From NCBI GenBank assembly GCA_964057225.1, contig OZ059900.1:21452001-21516000 (forward strand): a stretch of DNA of 64,000 nucleotides, written 5' to 3'. The position numbers and the translations under genes were made by a program. Below the pieces are notes generated by a model. The model was not told the origin of the DNA. It ran no database searches and was given only the letters and a program-made list of their open reading frames with translations. The number at the start of each line of letters is the position of its first letter. Within the stretch, counting starts at the first letter, position 1. The DNA is from Auanema rhodensis. Taxonomy: Eukaryota; Animalia; Nematoda. Shown here piece by piece: positions 26,661 through 40,900 of this stretch.

Positions 26661-28710
26661 AGTTACACTTTCACGACAAAAAAACAGGGGTTAGAAAATT
26701 AAGGAAATTAGCATATTCTGAGGGCACGCCCCTTATGGCTAATATTGATTAAATCGATTTTTGTTCATATGAGTCGTCAAATGCAACGAATTTCAGCGTG
26801 TTACACACTAAAATGAAGCATTTTACATGCTGAACACTAGAAAAATACAAAAACACAGTATTTCCCATGAGAAATATTTTATTATACTGGAAACCAGTTT
26901 TTGGAATTTTCGCTGTAAACAAGGTTTTGACTTACGATTTCATGTGTTCAAACTCATGCAATGTCAATGAAACCTAGCTCAAAATTGTTCCTACAACGTC
27001 TAGTTCCACTTTCACGACAAAAAAACAGGGGTTAGAAATTTTAGGAAATTAGCATATTCTGAGGGCACGCCCCTTATGGCTAATATTGATTAAATCGATT
27101 TTTGTTCATATGAGTCGTCAAATGCAACGAATTTCAGCGTGTTACATACTAAAATGAAGCATTTTACATGCTGAACACTAGAAAAATACAAAAACACAGT
27201 TTTTCCCATGAGAAATATTTTATTATGCTGGAAAACCAGTTTTTGGAAATTTCGCTGTAAACAAGGTTTTGACTTACGATTTCATGTGTTCAAACTCATG
27301 CAATGTCAATGAAACCTAGCTCAAAATTGTTCGTACAACGTCTAGTTCCACTTTCACGACAAAAAAACAGGGGTTAGAAAATTTAGGAAATTAGCATATT
27401 CTGAGGGCACGCCCCTTATGGCTAATATTGATTAAATCGATTTTTGTTCATATGAGTCGTCAAATGCAACGAATTTCATCGTGTTACATACTAAAATGAA
27501 GTATTTTACATGCTGAACACTAGAAAAATACAAAAACACAGTATTTCCCATGAGAAATATTTTATTATGCTGGAAAACCAGTTTTTGGAAGTTTCGCTGT
27601 AAACAAGGTTTTGACTTACGATTTCATGTGTTCAAACTCATGCAATGTCAATGAAACCTAGCTCAAAATTGTTCCTACAACGTCTAATTCCACTTTCACG
27701 ACAAAAAAACAGGGGTTAGAAAATTAAGGAAATTAGCATATTCTGAGGGCACGCCCCTTATGGCTAATATTGATTAAATCGATTTTTGTTCATATGAGTC
27801 GTCAAATGCAACGAATTTCAGCGTGTTACATACTAAAATGAAGCATTTTACATGCTGAACACTAGAAAAATACAAAAACACAGTATTTCCCATGAGAAAT
27901 ATTTTATTATGCTGGAAAACCAGTTTTTGGAAATTTCGCTGTAAACAAGGTTTTGACTTACGATTTCATGTGTTCAAACTCATGCAATGAAAATGAAACC
28001 TAGCTCAAAATTGTTCCTACAACGTCTAGTTCCACTTTCACGACAACAAAACAGGGGTTAGAAAATTAAGGAAATTAGCATATTCTGAGGGCACGCCCCT
28101 TATGGCTAATATTGATTAAATCGATTTTTGTTCATATGAGTCGTCAAATGCAACGAATTTCAGCCTGTTACATACTAAAATGAAGCATTTCACATGCTGA
28201 ACACTAGAAAAATACAAAAACACAGTATTTCCCATGAGAAATATTTTATTATGCTGGAAAACCAGTTTTTGGAAAGTTCGCTGTAAACAAGGTTTTGACT
28301 TACGATTTCATGTGTTCAAACTCATGCAATGTCAATGAAACCTAGCTCAAAATTGTTCGTACAACGTCTAGTTCCACTTTCACGACAAAAAAACAGGGGT
28401 TAGAAAATTAAGGAAATTAGCATATTCTGAGGGCACGCCCCTTATGGCTAATATTGATTAAATCGATTTTTGTTCATATGAGTCGTCAAATGCAATTAAT
28501 TTCAGCGTGTTACATACTAAAATGAAGCATTTTACATGCTGAACACTAAAAAAATACAAAAACACAGTATTTCCCATGAGAAATATTTTATTATGCTGGA
28601 AAACGAGTTTTTGGAAATTTCGCTGTAAACAAGGTTTTGACTTACGATTTCATGTGTTCAAACTCATGCAATGTCAATGAAACCTAGCTCAAAATTGTTC
28701 CTACAACGTC

Positions 28711-30756
28711 TAGTTCCACTTTCACGACAAAAAAACAGGGGTTAGACAATTAAGGAAATTAGCATATTCTGAGGGCACGCCCCTTATGGCTAATATTGAT
28801 TAAATCGATTTTTGTTCATATGAGTCGTCAAATGCAACGAATTTCAGCGTGTTACATACTTAAATGAAGCATTTTACATGCTGAACACTAGAAAAATACA
28901 AAAACACAGTATTTCCCATGAGAAATATTTTATTATACTGGAAACCAGTTTTTGGAATTTTCGCTGTAAACAAGGTTTTGACTTACGATTTCATGTGTTC
29001 AAACTCATGCAATGTCAATGAAACCTAGCTCAAAACTGTTCGTACAACGTCTAGTTCCACTTTCACGACAAAAAAACAGGGGTTAGAAAATTTAGGAAAT
29101 TAGCATATTCTGAGGGCACGCCCCTTATGGCTAATATTGATTAAATCGATTTTTGTTCATATGAGTCGTCAAATGCAACGAATTTCAGCGTGTTACATAC
29201 TAAAATGAAGTATTTTACATGCTGAACACTAGAAAAGTACAAAAACACAGTATTTCCCATAAGAAATATTTTATTATACTGGAAACCAGTTTTTGGAATT
29301 TTCGCTGTAAACAAGGTTTTGACTTACGATTTCATGTGTTCAAACTCATGCAATGTCAATGAAACCTAGCTCAAAATTGTTCGTACAACGTCTAGTTCCA
29401 CTTTCACGACAAAAAAACAGGGGTTAGAAAATTAAGGAAATTAGCATATTCTGAGGGCACGCCCCTTATGGCTAATATTGATTAAATCGATTTTTGTTCA
29501 TATGAGTCGTCAAATGCAATTAATTTCAGCGTGTTACATACTTAAATGAAGCATTTTACATGCTGAACACTAGAAAAATACAAAAACACAGTATTTCCCA
29601 TGAGAAATATTTTATTATACTGGAAACCAGTTTTTGGAATTTTCGCTGTAAACAAGGTTTTGACTTACGATTTCATGTGTTCAAACTCATGCAATGTCAA
29701 TGAAACCTAGCTCAAAACTGTTCGTACAACGTCTAGTTCCACTTTCACGACAAAAAAACAGGGGTTAGACAATTAAGGAAATTAGCATATTCTGAGGGCA
29801 CGCCCCTTATGGCTAATATTGATTAAATCGATTTTTGTTCATATGAGTCGTCAAATGCAACGAATTTCAGCGTGTTACATACTTAAATGAAGCATTTTAC
29901 ATGCTGAACACTAGAAAAATACAAAAACACAGTATTTCCCATGAGAAATATTTTATTATACTGGAAACCAGTTTTTGGAATTTTCGCTGTAAACAAGGTT
30001 TTGACTTACGATTTCATGTGTTCAAACTCATGCAATGTCAATGAAACCTAGCTCAAAACTGTTCGTACAACGTCTAGTTCCACTTTCACGACAAAAAAAC
30101 AGGGGTTAGAAAATTTAGGAAATTAGCATATTCTGAGGGCACGCCCCTTATGGCTAATATTGATTAAATCGATTTTTGTTCATATGAGTCGTCAAATGCA
30201 ACGAATTTCAGCGTGTTACATACTAAAATGAAGTATTTTACATGCTGAACACTAGAAAAGTACAAAAACACAGTATTTCCCATAAGAAATATTTTATTAT
30301 ACTGGAAACCAGTTTTTGGAATTTTCGCTGTAAACAAGGTTTTGACTTACGATTTCATGTGTTCAAACTCATGCAATGTCAATGAAACCTAGCTCAAAAT
30401 TGTTCGTACAACGTCTAGTTCCACTTTCACGACAAAAAAACAGGGGTTAGAAAATTAAGGAAATTAGCATATTCTGAGGGCACGCCCCTTATGGCTAATA
30501 TTGATTAAATCGATTTTTGTTCATATGAGTCGTCAAATGCAATTAATTTCAGCGTGTTACATACTTAAATGAAGCATTTTACATGCTGAACACTAGAAAA
30601 ATACAAAAACACAGTATTTCCCATGAGAAATATTTTATTATACTGGAAACCAGTTTTTGGAATTTTCGCTGTAAACAAGGTTTTGACTTACGATTTCATG
30701 TGTTCAAACTCATGCAATGTCAATGAAACCTAGCTCAAAACTGTTCGTACAACGTC
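28711..30756 (+). repeat. (ABC)2 trimer HOR, 2 x 1023 bp, made only of 341-bp deletion-class monomers
   Basis: gttagac (28747/29770) and aaaagtac (29237/30260) repeat at 1023 bp. All six monomers carry atactggaaac...gaattttcg. Confidence 0.88.
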
Positions 30757-31098
30757 TAGTTCCACTTTCACGACAAAAAAACAGGGGTTAGAAAATTTAG
30801 GAAATTAGCATATTCTGAGGGCACGCCCCTTATGGCTAATATTGATTAAATCGATTTTTGTTCATATGAGTCGTCAAATGAAACGAATTTCAGGGTGTTA
30901 CATACTAAAATGAAGCATTTTACATGCTGAACACTATAAAAATACAAAAACTTAGTATTTCCCATGAGAAATATTTTATTATGCTGGAAAACCAGTTTTT
31001 GGAAAGTTCGCTGTAAACAAGGTTTTGACTTACGATTTCATGTGTTCAAACTCATGCAATGTCAATGAAACCTAGCTCAAAATTGTTCGTACAACGTC

Positions 31099-34000
31099 TA
31101 GTTCCACTTTCACGACAAAAAAACAGGGGTTAGAAAATTTAGGAAATTAGCATATTCTGAGGGCACGCCCCTTATGGCTAATATTGATTAAATCGATTTT
31201 TGTTCATATGAGTCGTCAAATGCAACGAATTTCATCGTGTTACATACTAAAATGAAGTATTTTACATGCTGAACACTAGAAAAATACAAAAACACAGTAT
31301 TTCCCATGAGAAATATTTTATTATGCTGGAAAACCAGTTTTTGGAAGTTTCGCTGTAAACAAGGTTTTGACTTACGATTTCATGTGTTCAAACTCATGCA
31401 ATGTCAATGAAACCTAGCTCAAAATTGTTCCTACAACGTCTAGTTCCACTTTCACGACAAAAAAACAGGGGTTAGAAAATTTAGGAAATTAGCATATTCT
31501 GAGGGCACGCCCCTTATGGCTAATATTGATTAAATCGATTTTTGTTCATATGAGTCGTCAAATGCAACGAATTTCAGCGTATTACATACTAAAATGAAGT
31601 ATTTCACATGCTGAACACTAGAAAAATACAAAAACACAGTATTTCCCATGAGAAATATTTTATTATGCTGGAAAACCAGTTTTTGGAAATTTCGCTGTAA
31701 ACAAGGTTTTGACTTACGATTTCATGTGTTCAAACTCATGCAATGTCAATGAAACCTTGCTCAAAATTGTTCCTACAACGTCTAGTTCCACTTTCACGAC
31801 AAAAAAACAGGGGTTAGAAAATTAAGGAAATTAGCATATTCTGAGGGCACGCCCCTTATGGCTAATATTGATTAAATCGATTTTTGTTCATATGAGTCGT
31901 CAAATGAAACGAATTTCAGGGTGTTACATACTAAAATGAAGCATTTTACATGCTGAACACTATAAAAATACAAAAACACAGTATTTCCCATGAGAAATAT
32001 TTTATTATGCTGGAAAACCAGTTTTTGGAAAGTTCGCTGTAAACAAGGTTTTGACTTACGATTTCATGTGTTCAAACTCATGCAATGTCAATGAAACCTA
32101 GCTCAAAATTGTTCCTACAACGTCTAATTCCACTTTCACGACAAAAAAACAGGGGTTAGAAAATTAAGGAAATTAGCACATTCTGAGGGCACGCCCCTTA
32201 TGGCTAATATTGATTAAATCGATTTTTGTTCATATGAGTCGTCAAATGCAACAAATTTCAGCGTGTTACATACTAAAATGAAGTATTTTACATGCTGAAC
32301 ACTAGAAAAATACAAAAACACAGTTTTTCCCATGAGAAATATTTTATTATGCTGGAAAACCAGTTTTTGGAAATTTCGCTGTAAACAAGGTTTTGACTTA
32401 CGATTTCATGTGTTCAAACTCATGCAATGTCAATGAAACCTAGCTCAAAATTGTTCCTACAACGTCTAGTTCCACTTTCACGACAAAAAAACAGGGGTTA
32501 GAAAATTTAGGAAATTAGCATATTCTGAGGGCACGCCCCTTATGGCTAATATTGATTAAATCGATTTTTGTTCATATGAGTCGTCAAATGCATTGAATTT
32601 CAGCGTATTACATACTAAAATGAAGTATTTCACATGCTGAACACTAGAAAAATACAAAAACACAGTATTTCCCATGAGAAATATTTTATTATGCTGGAAA
32701 ACCAGTTTTTGGAAATTTCGCTGTAAACAAGGTTTTGACTTACGATTTCATGTGTTCAAACTCATGCAATGTCAATGAAACCTTGCTCAAAATTGTTCCT
32801 ACAACGTCTAGTTCCACTTTCACGACAAAAAAACAGGGGTTAGAAAATTAAGGAAATTAGCATATTCTGAGGGCACGCCCCTTATGGCTAATATTGATTA
32901 AATCGATTTTTGTTCATATGAGTCGTCAAATGCAATTAATTTCAGCGTGTTACATACTTAAATGAAGCATTTTACATGCTGAACACTAGAAAAATACAAA
33001 AACACAGTATTTCCCATGAGAAATATTTTATTATACTGGAAACCAGTTTTTGGAATTTTCGCTGTAAACAAGGTTTTGACTTACGATTTCATGTGTTCAA
33101 ACTCATGCAATGTCAATGAAACCTAGCTCAAAACTGTTCGTACAACGTCTAGTTCCACTTTCACGACAAAAAAACAGGGGTTAGAAAATTTAGGAAATTA
33201 GCATATTCTGAGGGCACGCCCCTTATGGCTAATATTGATTAAATCGATTTTTGTTCATATGAGTCGTCAAATGCAACGAATTTCAGCGTGTTACATACTA
33301 AAATGAAGCATTTTACATGCTGAACACTAGAAAAATACAAAAACACAGTTTTTCCCATGAGAAATATTTTATTATGCTGGAAAACCAGTTTTTGGAAATT
33401 TCGCTGTAAACAAGGTTTTGACTTACGATTTCATGTGTTCAAACTCATGCAATGTCAATGAAACCTAGCTCAAAATTGTTCGTACAACGTCTAGTTCCAC
33501 TTTCACGACAAAAAAACAGGGGTTAGAAAATTTAGGAAATTAGCATATTCTGAGGGCACGCCCCTTATGGCTAATATTGATTAAATCGATTTTTGTTCAT
33601 ATGAGTCGTCAAATGCAACGAATTTCATCGTGTTACATACTAAAATGAAGTATTTTACATGCTGAACACTAGAAAAATACAAAAACACAGTATTTCCCAT
33701 GAGAAATATTTTATTATGCTGGAAAACCAGTTTTTGGAAGTTTCGCTGTAAACAAGGTTTTGACTTACGATTTCATGTGTTCAAACTCATGCAATGTCAA
33801 TGAAACCTAGCTCAAAATTGTTCCTACAACGTCTAGTTCCACTTTCACGACAAAAAAACAGGGGTTAGAAAATTTAGGAAATTAGCATATTCTGAGGGCA
33901 CGCCCCTTATGGCTAATATTGATTAAATCGATTTTTGTTCATATGAGTCGTCAAATGCAACGAATTTCAGCGTATTACATACTAAAATGAAGTATTTCAC

Positions 34001-35201
34001 ATGCTGAACACTAGAAAAATACAAAAACACAGTATTTCCCATGAGAAATATTTTATTATGCTGGAAAACCAGTTTTTGGAAATTTCGCTGTAAACAAGGT
34101 TTTGACTTACGATTTCATGTGTTCAAACTCATGCAATGTCAATGAAACCTTGCTCAAAATTGTTCCTACAACGTCTAGTTCCACTTTCACGACAAAAAAA
34201 CAGGGGTTAGAAAATTAAGGAAATTAGCATATTCTGAGGGCACGCCCCTTATGGCTAATATTGATTAAATCGATTTTTGTTCATATGAGTCGTCAAATGA
34301 AACGAATTTCAGGGTGTTACATACTAAAATGAAGCATTTTACATGCTGAACACTATAAAAATACAAAAACACAGTATTTCCCATGAGAAATATTTTATTA
34401 TGCTGGAAAACCAGTTTTTGGAAAGTTCGCTGTAAACAAGGTTTTGACTTACGATTTCATGTGTTCAAACTCATGCAATGTCAATGAAACCTAGCTCAAA
34501 ATTGTTCCTACAACGTCTAATTCCACTTTCACGACAAAAAAACAGGGGTTAGAAAATTAAGGAAATTAGCACATTCTGAGGGCACGCCCCTTATGGCTAA
34601 TATTGATTAAATCGATTTTTGTTCATATGAGTCGTCAAATGCAACAAATTTCAGCGTGTTACATACTAAAATGAAGTATTTTACATGCTGAACACTAGAA
34701 AAATACAAAAACACAGTTTTTCCCATGAGAAATATTTTATTATGCTGGAAAACCAGTTTTTGGAAATTTCGCTGTAAACAAGGTTTTGACTTACGATTTC
34801 ATGTGTTCAAACTCATGCAATGTCAATGAAACCTAGCTCAAAATTGTTCCTACAACGTCTAGTTCCACTTTCACGACAAAAAAACAGGGGTTAGAAAATT
34901 TAGGAAATTAGCATATTCTGAGGGCACGCCCCTTATGGCTAATATTGATTAAATCGATTTTTGTTCATATGAGTCGTCAAATGCATTGAATTTCAGCGTA
35001 TTACATACTAAAATGAAGTATTTCACATGCTGAACACTAGAAAAATACAAAAACACAGTATTTCCCATGAGAAATATTTTATTATGCTGGAAAACCAGTT
35101 TTTGGAAATTTCGCTGTAAACAAGGTTTTGACTTACGATTTCATGTGTTCAAACTCATGCAATGTCAATGAAACCTTGCTCAAAATTGTTCCTACAACGT
35201 C
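31099..35201 (+). repeat. Tandem duplication of a 5-monomer block with a 7-monomer (2393 bp) offset
   Basis: ttcatcg (31235/33628) and gcattg+gtatta (32593/34986) both recur at 2393 bp. Confidence 0.85.
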
Positions 35202-37937
35202 TAGTTCCACTTTCACGACAAAAAAACAGGGGTTAGAAAATTAAGGAAATTAGCATATTCTGAGGGCACGCCCCTTATGGCTAATATTGATTAAATCGAT
35301 TTTTGTTCATATGAGTCGTTAAATGCAACGAATTTCAGCGTGTTACATACTAAAATGAAGCATTTTACATGCTGAACACTATAAAAATACAAAAACACAG
35401 TATTTCCCATGAGAAATATTTTATTATGCTGGAAAACCAGTTTTTGGAAAGTTCGCTGTAAACAAGGTTTTGACTTACGATTTCATGTGTTCAAACTCAT
35501 GCAATGTCAATGAAACCTAGCTCAAAATTGTTCGTACAACGTCTAGTTCCACTTTCACGACAAAAAAACAGGGGTTAGAAAATTAAGGAAATTAGCATAT
35601 TCTGAGGGCACGCCCCTTATGGCTAATATTGATTAAATCGATTTTTGTTCATATGAGTCGTCAAATGCAACGAATTTCAGCGTGTTACATACTAAAATGA
35701 AGCATTTTACATGCTGAACACTAGAAAAATACAAAAACACAGTATTTCCCATGAGAAATATTTTATTATGCTGGAAAACCAGTTTTTGGAAATTTCGCTG
35801 TAAACAAGGTTTTGACTTACGATTTCATGTGTTCAAACTCATGCAATGTCAATGAAACCTAGCTCAAAATTGTTCCTACAACGTCTAGTTCCACTTTCAC
35901 GACAAAAAAACAGGGGTTAGAAAATTTAGGAAATTAGCATATTCTGAGGGCACGCCCCTTATGGCTAATATTGATTAAATCGATTTTTGTTCATATGAGT
36001 CGTCAAATGCAACGAATTTCAGCGTATTACAAACTAAAATGAAGTATTTCACATGCTGAACACTAGAAAAATACAAAAACACAGTATTTCCCATGAGAAA
36101 TATTTTATTATGCTGGAAAACCAGTTTTTGGAAATTTCGCTGTAAACAAGGTTTTGACTTACGATTTCATGTGTTCAAACTCATGCAATGTCAATGAAAC
36201 CTTGCTCAAAATTGTTCCTACAACGTCTAGTTCCACTTTCACGACAAAAAAACAGGGGTTAGAAAATTTAGGAAATTAGCATATTCTGAGGGCACGCCCC
36301 TTATGGCTAATATTGATTAAATCGATTTTTGTTCATATGAGTCGTCAAATGAAACGAATTTCAGGGTGTTACATACTAAAATGAAGCATTTTACATGCTG
36401 AACACTATAAAAATACAAAAACACAGTATTTCCCATGAGAAATATTTTATTATGCTGGAAAACCAGTTTTTGGAAAGTTCGCTGTAAACAAGGTTTTGAC
36501 TTACGATTTCATGTGTTCAAACTCATGCAATGTCAATGAAACCTAGCTCAAAATTGTTCCTACAACGTCTAATTCCACTTTCACGACAAAAAAACAGGGG
36601 TTAGAAAATTAAGGAAATTAGCACATTCTGAGGGCACGCCCCTTATGGCTAATATTGATTAAATCGATTTTTGTTCATATGAGTCGTCAAATGCAACGAA
36701 TTTCAGCGTGTTACATACTAAAATGAAGTATTTTACATGCTGAACACTAGAAAAATACAAAAACACAGTATTTCCCATGAGAAATATTTTATTATGCTGG
36801 AAAACCAGTTTTTGGAAATTTCGCTGTAAACAAGGTTTTGACTTACGATTTCATGTGTTCAAACTCATGCAATGTCAATGAAACCTAGCTCAAAATTGTT
36901 CCTACAACGTCTAGTTCCACTTTCACGACAAAAAAACAGGGGTTAGAAAATTTAGGAAATTAGCATATTCTGAGGGCACGCCCCTTATGGCTAATATTGA
37001 TTAAATCGATTTTTGTTCATATGAGTCGTCAAATGCAACGAATTTCAGCGTATTACAAACTAAAATGAAGTATTTCACATGCTGAACACTAGAAAAATAC
37101 AAAAACACAGTATTTCCCATGAGAAATATTTTATTATGCTGGAAAACCAGCTTTTGGAAATTTCGCTGTAAACAAGGTTTTGACTTACGATTTCATGTGT
37201 TCAAACTCATGCAATGTCAATTAAACCTTGCTCAAAATTGTTCCTACAACGTCTAGTTCCACTTTCACGACAAAAAAACAGGGGTTAGAAAATTTAGGAA
37301 ATTAGCATATTCTGAGGGCACGCCCCTTATGGCTAATATTGATTAAATCGATTTTTGTTCATATGAGTCGTCAAATGAAACGAATTTCAGGGTGTTACAT
37401 ACTAAAATGAAGCATTTTACATGCTGAACACTATAAAAATACAAAAACACAGTATTTCCCATGAGAAATATTTTATTATGCTGGAAAACCAGTTTTTGGA
37501 AAGTTCGCTGTAAACAAGGTTTTGACTTACGATTTCATGTGTTCAAACTCATGCAATGTCAATGAAACCTAGCTCAAAATTGTTCCTACAACGTCTAATT
37601 CCACTTTCACGACAAAAAAACAGGGGTTAGAAAATTAAGGAAATTAGCACATTCTGAGGGCACGCCCCTTATGGCTAATATTGATTAAATCGATTTTTGT
37701 TCATATGAGTCGTCAAATGCAACGAATTTCAGCGTGTTACATACTAAAATGAAGTATTTTACATGCTGAACACTAGAAAAATAGAAAAACACAGTATTTC
37801 CCATGAGAAATATTTTATTATGCTGGAAAACCAGTTTTTGGAAATTTCGCTGTAAACAAGGTTTTGACTTACGATTTCATGTGTTCAAACTCATGCAATG
37901 TCAATGAAACCTAGCTCAAAATTGTTCCTACAACGTC

Positions 37938-40900
37938 TAGTTCCACTTTCACGACAAAAAACAGGGGTTAGAAAATTAAGGAAATTAGCATATTCTGAGG
38001 GCACGCCTCTATGGCTTATATTGATTAAATCGATTTTTGTTCATATGATTCGTCAAATGCATTGAATTTCAGCGTGTTACATACTAAAATGAAGTGTTTT
38101 ACATGCTGAACACTAGAAAAATACAAAAACACAGTATTTCCCATGAGAAATATTTTATTATGCTGGAAAACCAGTTTTTGGAAATTTCGCTGTAAACAAG
38201 GTTTTGACTTACGATTTCATGTGTTCAAACTCATGCAATGTCAATGAAACCTAGCTCAAAATTGTTCCTACAACGTCTAGTTCCACTTTCACGACAAAAA
38301 ACAGGGGTTAGAAAATTAAGGAAATTAGCATATTCTGAGGGCACGCCCCTTATGGCTAATATTGATTAAATCGATTTTTGTTCATATGAGTCGTCAAATG
38401 CAACGAATTTCAGCGTGTTACATACTAAAATGAAGCATTTTACATGCTGAACACTATAAAAATACAAAAACACAGTATTTCCCATGAGAAATATTTTATT
38501 ATGCTGGAAAACCAGTTTTTGGAAATTTCGCTGTAAACAAGGTTTTGACTTACGATTTCATGTGTTCAAACTCATGCAATGTCAATGAAACCTAGCTCAA
38601 AATTGTTCCTACAACGTCTAATTCCACTTTCACGACAAAAAAACAGGGGTTAGAAAATTAAGGAAATTAGCATATTCTGAGGGCACGCCCCTTATGGCTA
38701 ATATTGATTAAATCGATTTTTGTTCATATGAGTCGTCAAATGCAACGAATTTTAGCGTGTTACATACTAAAATGAAGCATTTTACATGCTGAACACTAGA
38801 AAAATACAAAAACACAGTATTTCCCATGAGAAATATTTTATTATGCTGGAAAACCAGTTTTTGGAAATTTCGCTGTAAACAAGGTTTTGACTTACGATTT
38901 CATGTGTTCAAACTCATGCAATGTCAATGAAACCTAGCTCAAAATTGTTCGTACAACGTCTAGTTCCACTTTCACGACAAAAAAACAGGGGTTAGAAAAT
39001 TAAGGAAATTAGCATATTCTGAGGGCACGCCCCTTATGGCTAATATTGATTAAATCGATTTTTGTTCATATGAGTCGTCAAATGCAACGAATTTTAGCGT
39101 GTTACATACTAAAATGAAGCATTTTACATGCTGAACACTAGAAAAATACAACAACACAGTATTTCCCATGAGAAATATTTTATTATGCTGGAAAACCAGT
39201 TTTTGGAAATTTCGCTGTAAACAAGGTTTTGACTTACGATTTCATGTGTTCAAACTCATGCAATGTCAATGAAACCTAGCTCAAAATTGTTCGTACAACG
39301 TCTAGTTCCACTTTCACGACAAAAAAACAGGGGTTAGAAAATTAAGGAAATTAGCATATTCTGAGGGCACGCCCCTTATGGCTAATATTGATTAAATCGA
39401 TTTTTGTTCATATGAGTCGTCAAATGCAACGAATTTCAGCGTATTACAAACTAAAATGAAGTATTTCACATGCTGAACACTAGAAAAATACAAAAACACA
39501 GTATTTCCCATGAGAAATATTTTATTATGCTGGAAAACCAGTTTTTGGAAATTTCGCTGTAAACAAGGTTTTGACTTACGATTTCATGTGTTCAAACTCA
39601 TGCAATGTCAATGAAACCTTGCTCAAAATTGTTCCTACAACGTCTAGTTCCACTTTCACGACAAAAAAACAGGGGTTAGAAAATTTAGGAAATTAGCATA
39701 TTCTGAGGGCACGCCCCTTATGGCTAATATTGATTAAATCGATTTTTGTTCATATGAGTCGTCAAATGAAACGAATTTCAGGGTGTTACATACTAAAATG
39801 AAGCATTTTACATGCTGAACACTATAAAAATACAAAAACACAGTATTTCCCATGAGAAATATTTTATTATGCTGGAAAACCAGTTTTTGGAAAGTTCGCT
39901 GTAAACAAGGTTTTGACTTACGATTTCATGTGTTCAAACTCATGCAATGTCAATGAAACCTAGCTCAAAATTGTTCCTACAACGTCTAATTCCACTTTCA
40001 CGACAAAAAAACAGGGGTTAGAAAATTAAGGAAATTAGCACATTCTGAGGGCACGCCCCTTATGGCTAATATTGATTAAATCGATTTTTGTTCATATGAG
40101 TCGTCAAATGCAACGAATTTCAGCGTGTTACATACTAAAATGAAGTATTTTACATGCTGAACACTAGAAAAATACAAAAACACAGTATTTCCCATGAGAA
40201 ATATTTTATTATGCTGGAAAACCAGTTTTTGGAAATTTCGCTGTAAACAAGGTTTTGACTTACGATTTCATGTGTTCAAACTCATGCAATGTCAATGAAA
40301 CCTAGCTCAAAATTGTTCCTACAACGTCTAGTTCCACTTTCACGACAAAAAACAGGGGTTAGAAAATTAAGGAAATTAGCATATTCTGAGGGCACGCCTC
40401 TATGGCTTATATTGATTAAATCGATTTTTGTTCATATGATTCGTCAAATGCATTGAATTTCAGCGTGTTACATACTAAAATGAAGTGTTTTACATGCTGA
40501 ACACTAGAAAAATACAAAAACACAGTATTTCCCATGAGAAATATTTTATTATGCTGGAAAACCAGTTTTTGAAAATTTCGCTGTAAACAAGGTTTTGACT
40601 TACGATTTCATGTGTTCAAACTCATGCAATGTCAATGAAACCTAGCTCAAAATTGTTCCTACAACGTCTAGTTCCACTTTCACGACAAAAAACAGGGGTT
40701 AGAAAATTAAGGAAATTAGCATATTCTGAGGGCACGCCCCTTATGGCTAATATTGATTAAATCGATTTTTGTTCATATGAGTCGTCAAATGCAACGAATT
40801 TCAGCGTGTTACATACTAAAATGAAGCATTTTACATGCTGAACACTATAAAAATACAAAAACACAGTATTTCCCATGAGAAATATTTTATTATGCTGGAA

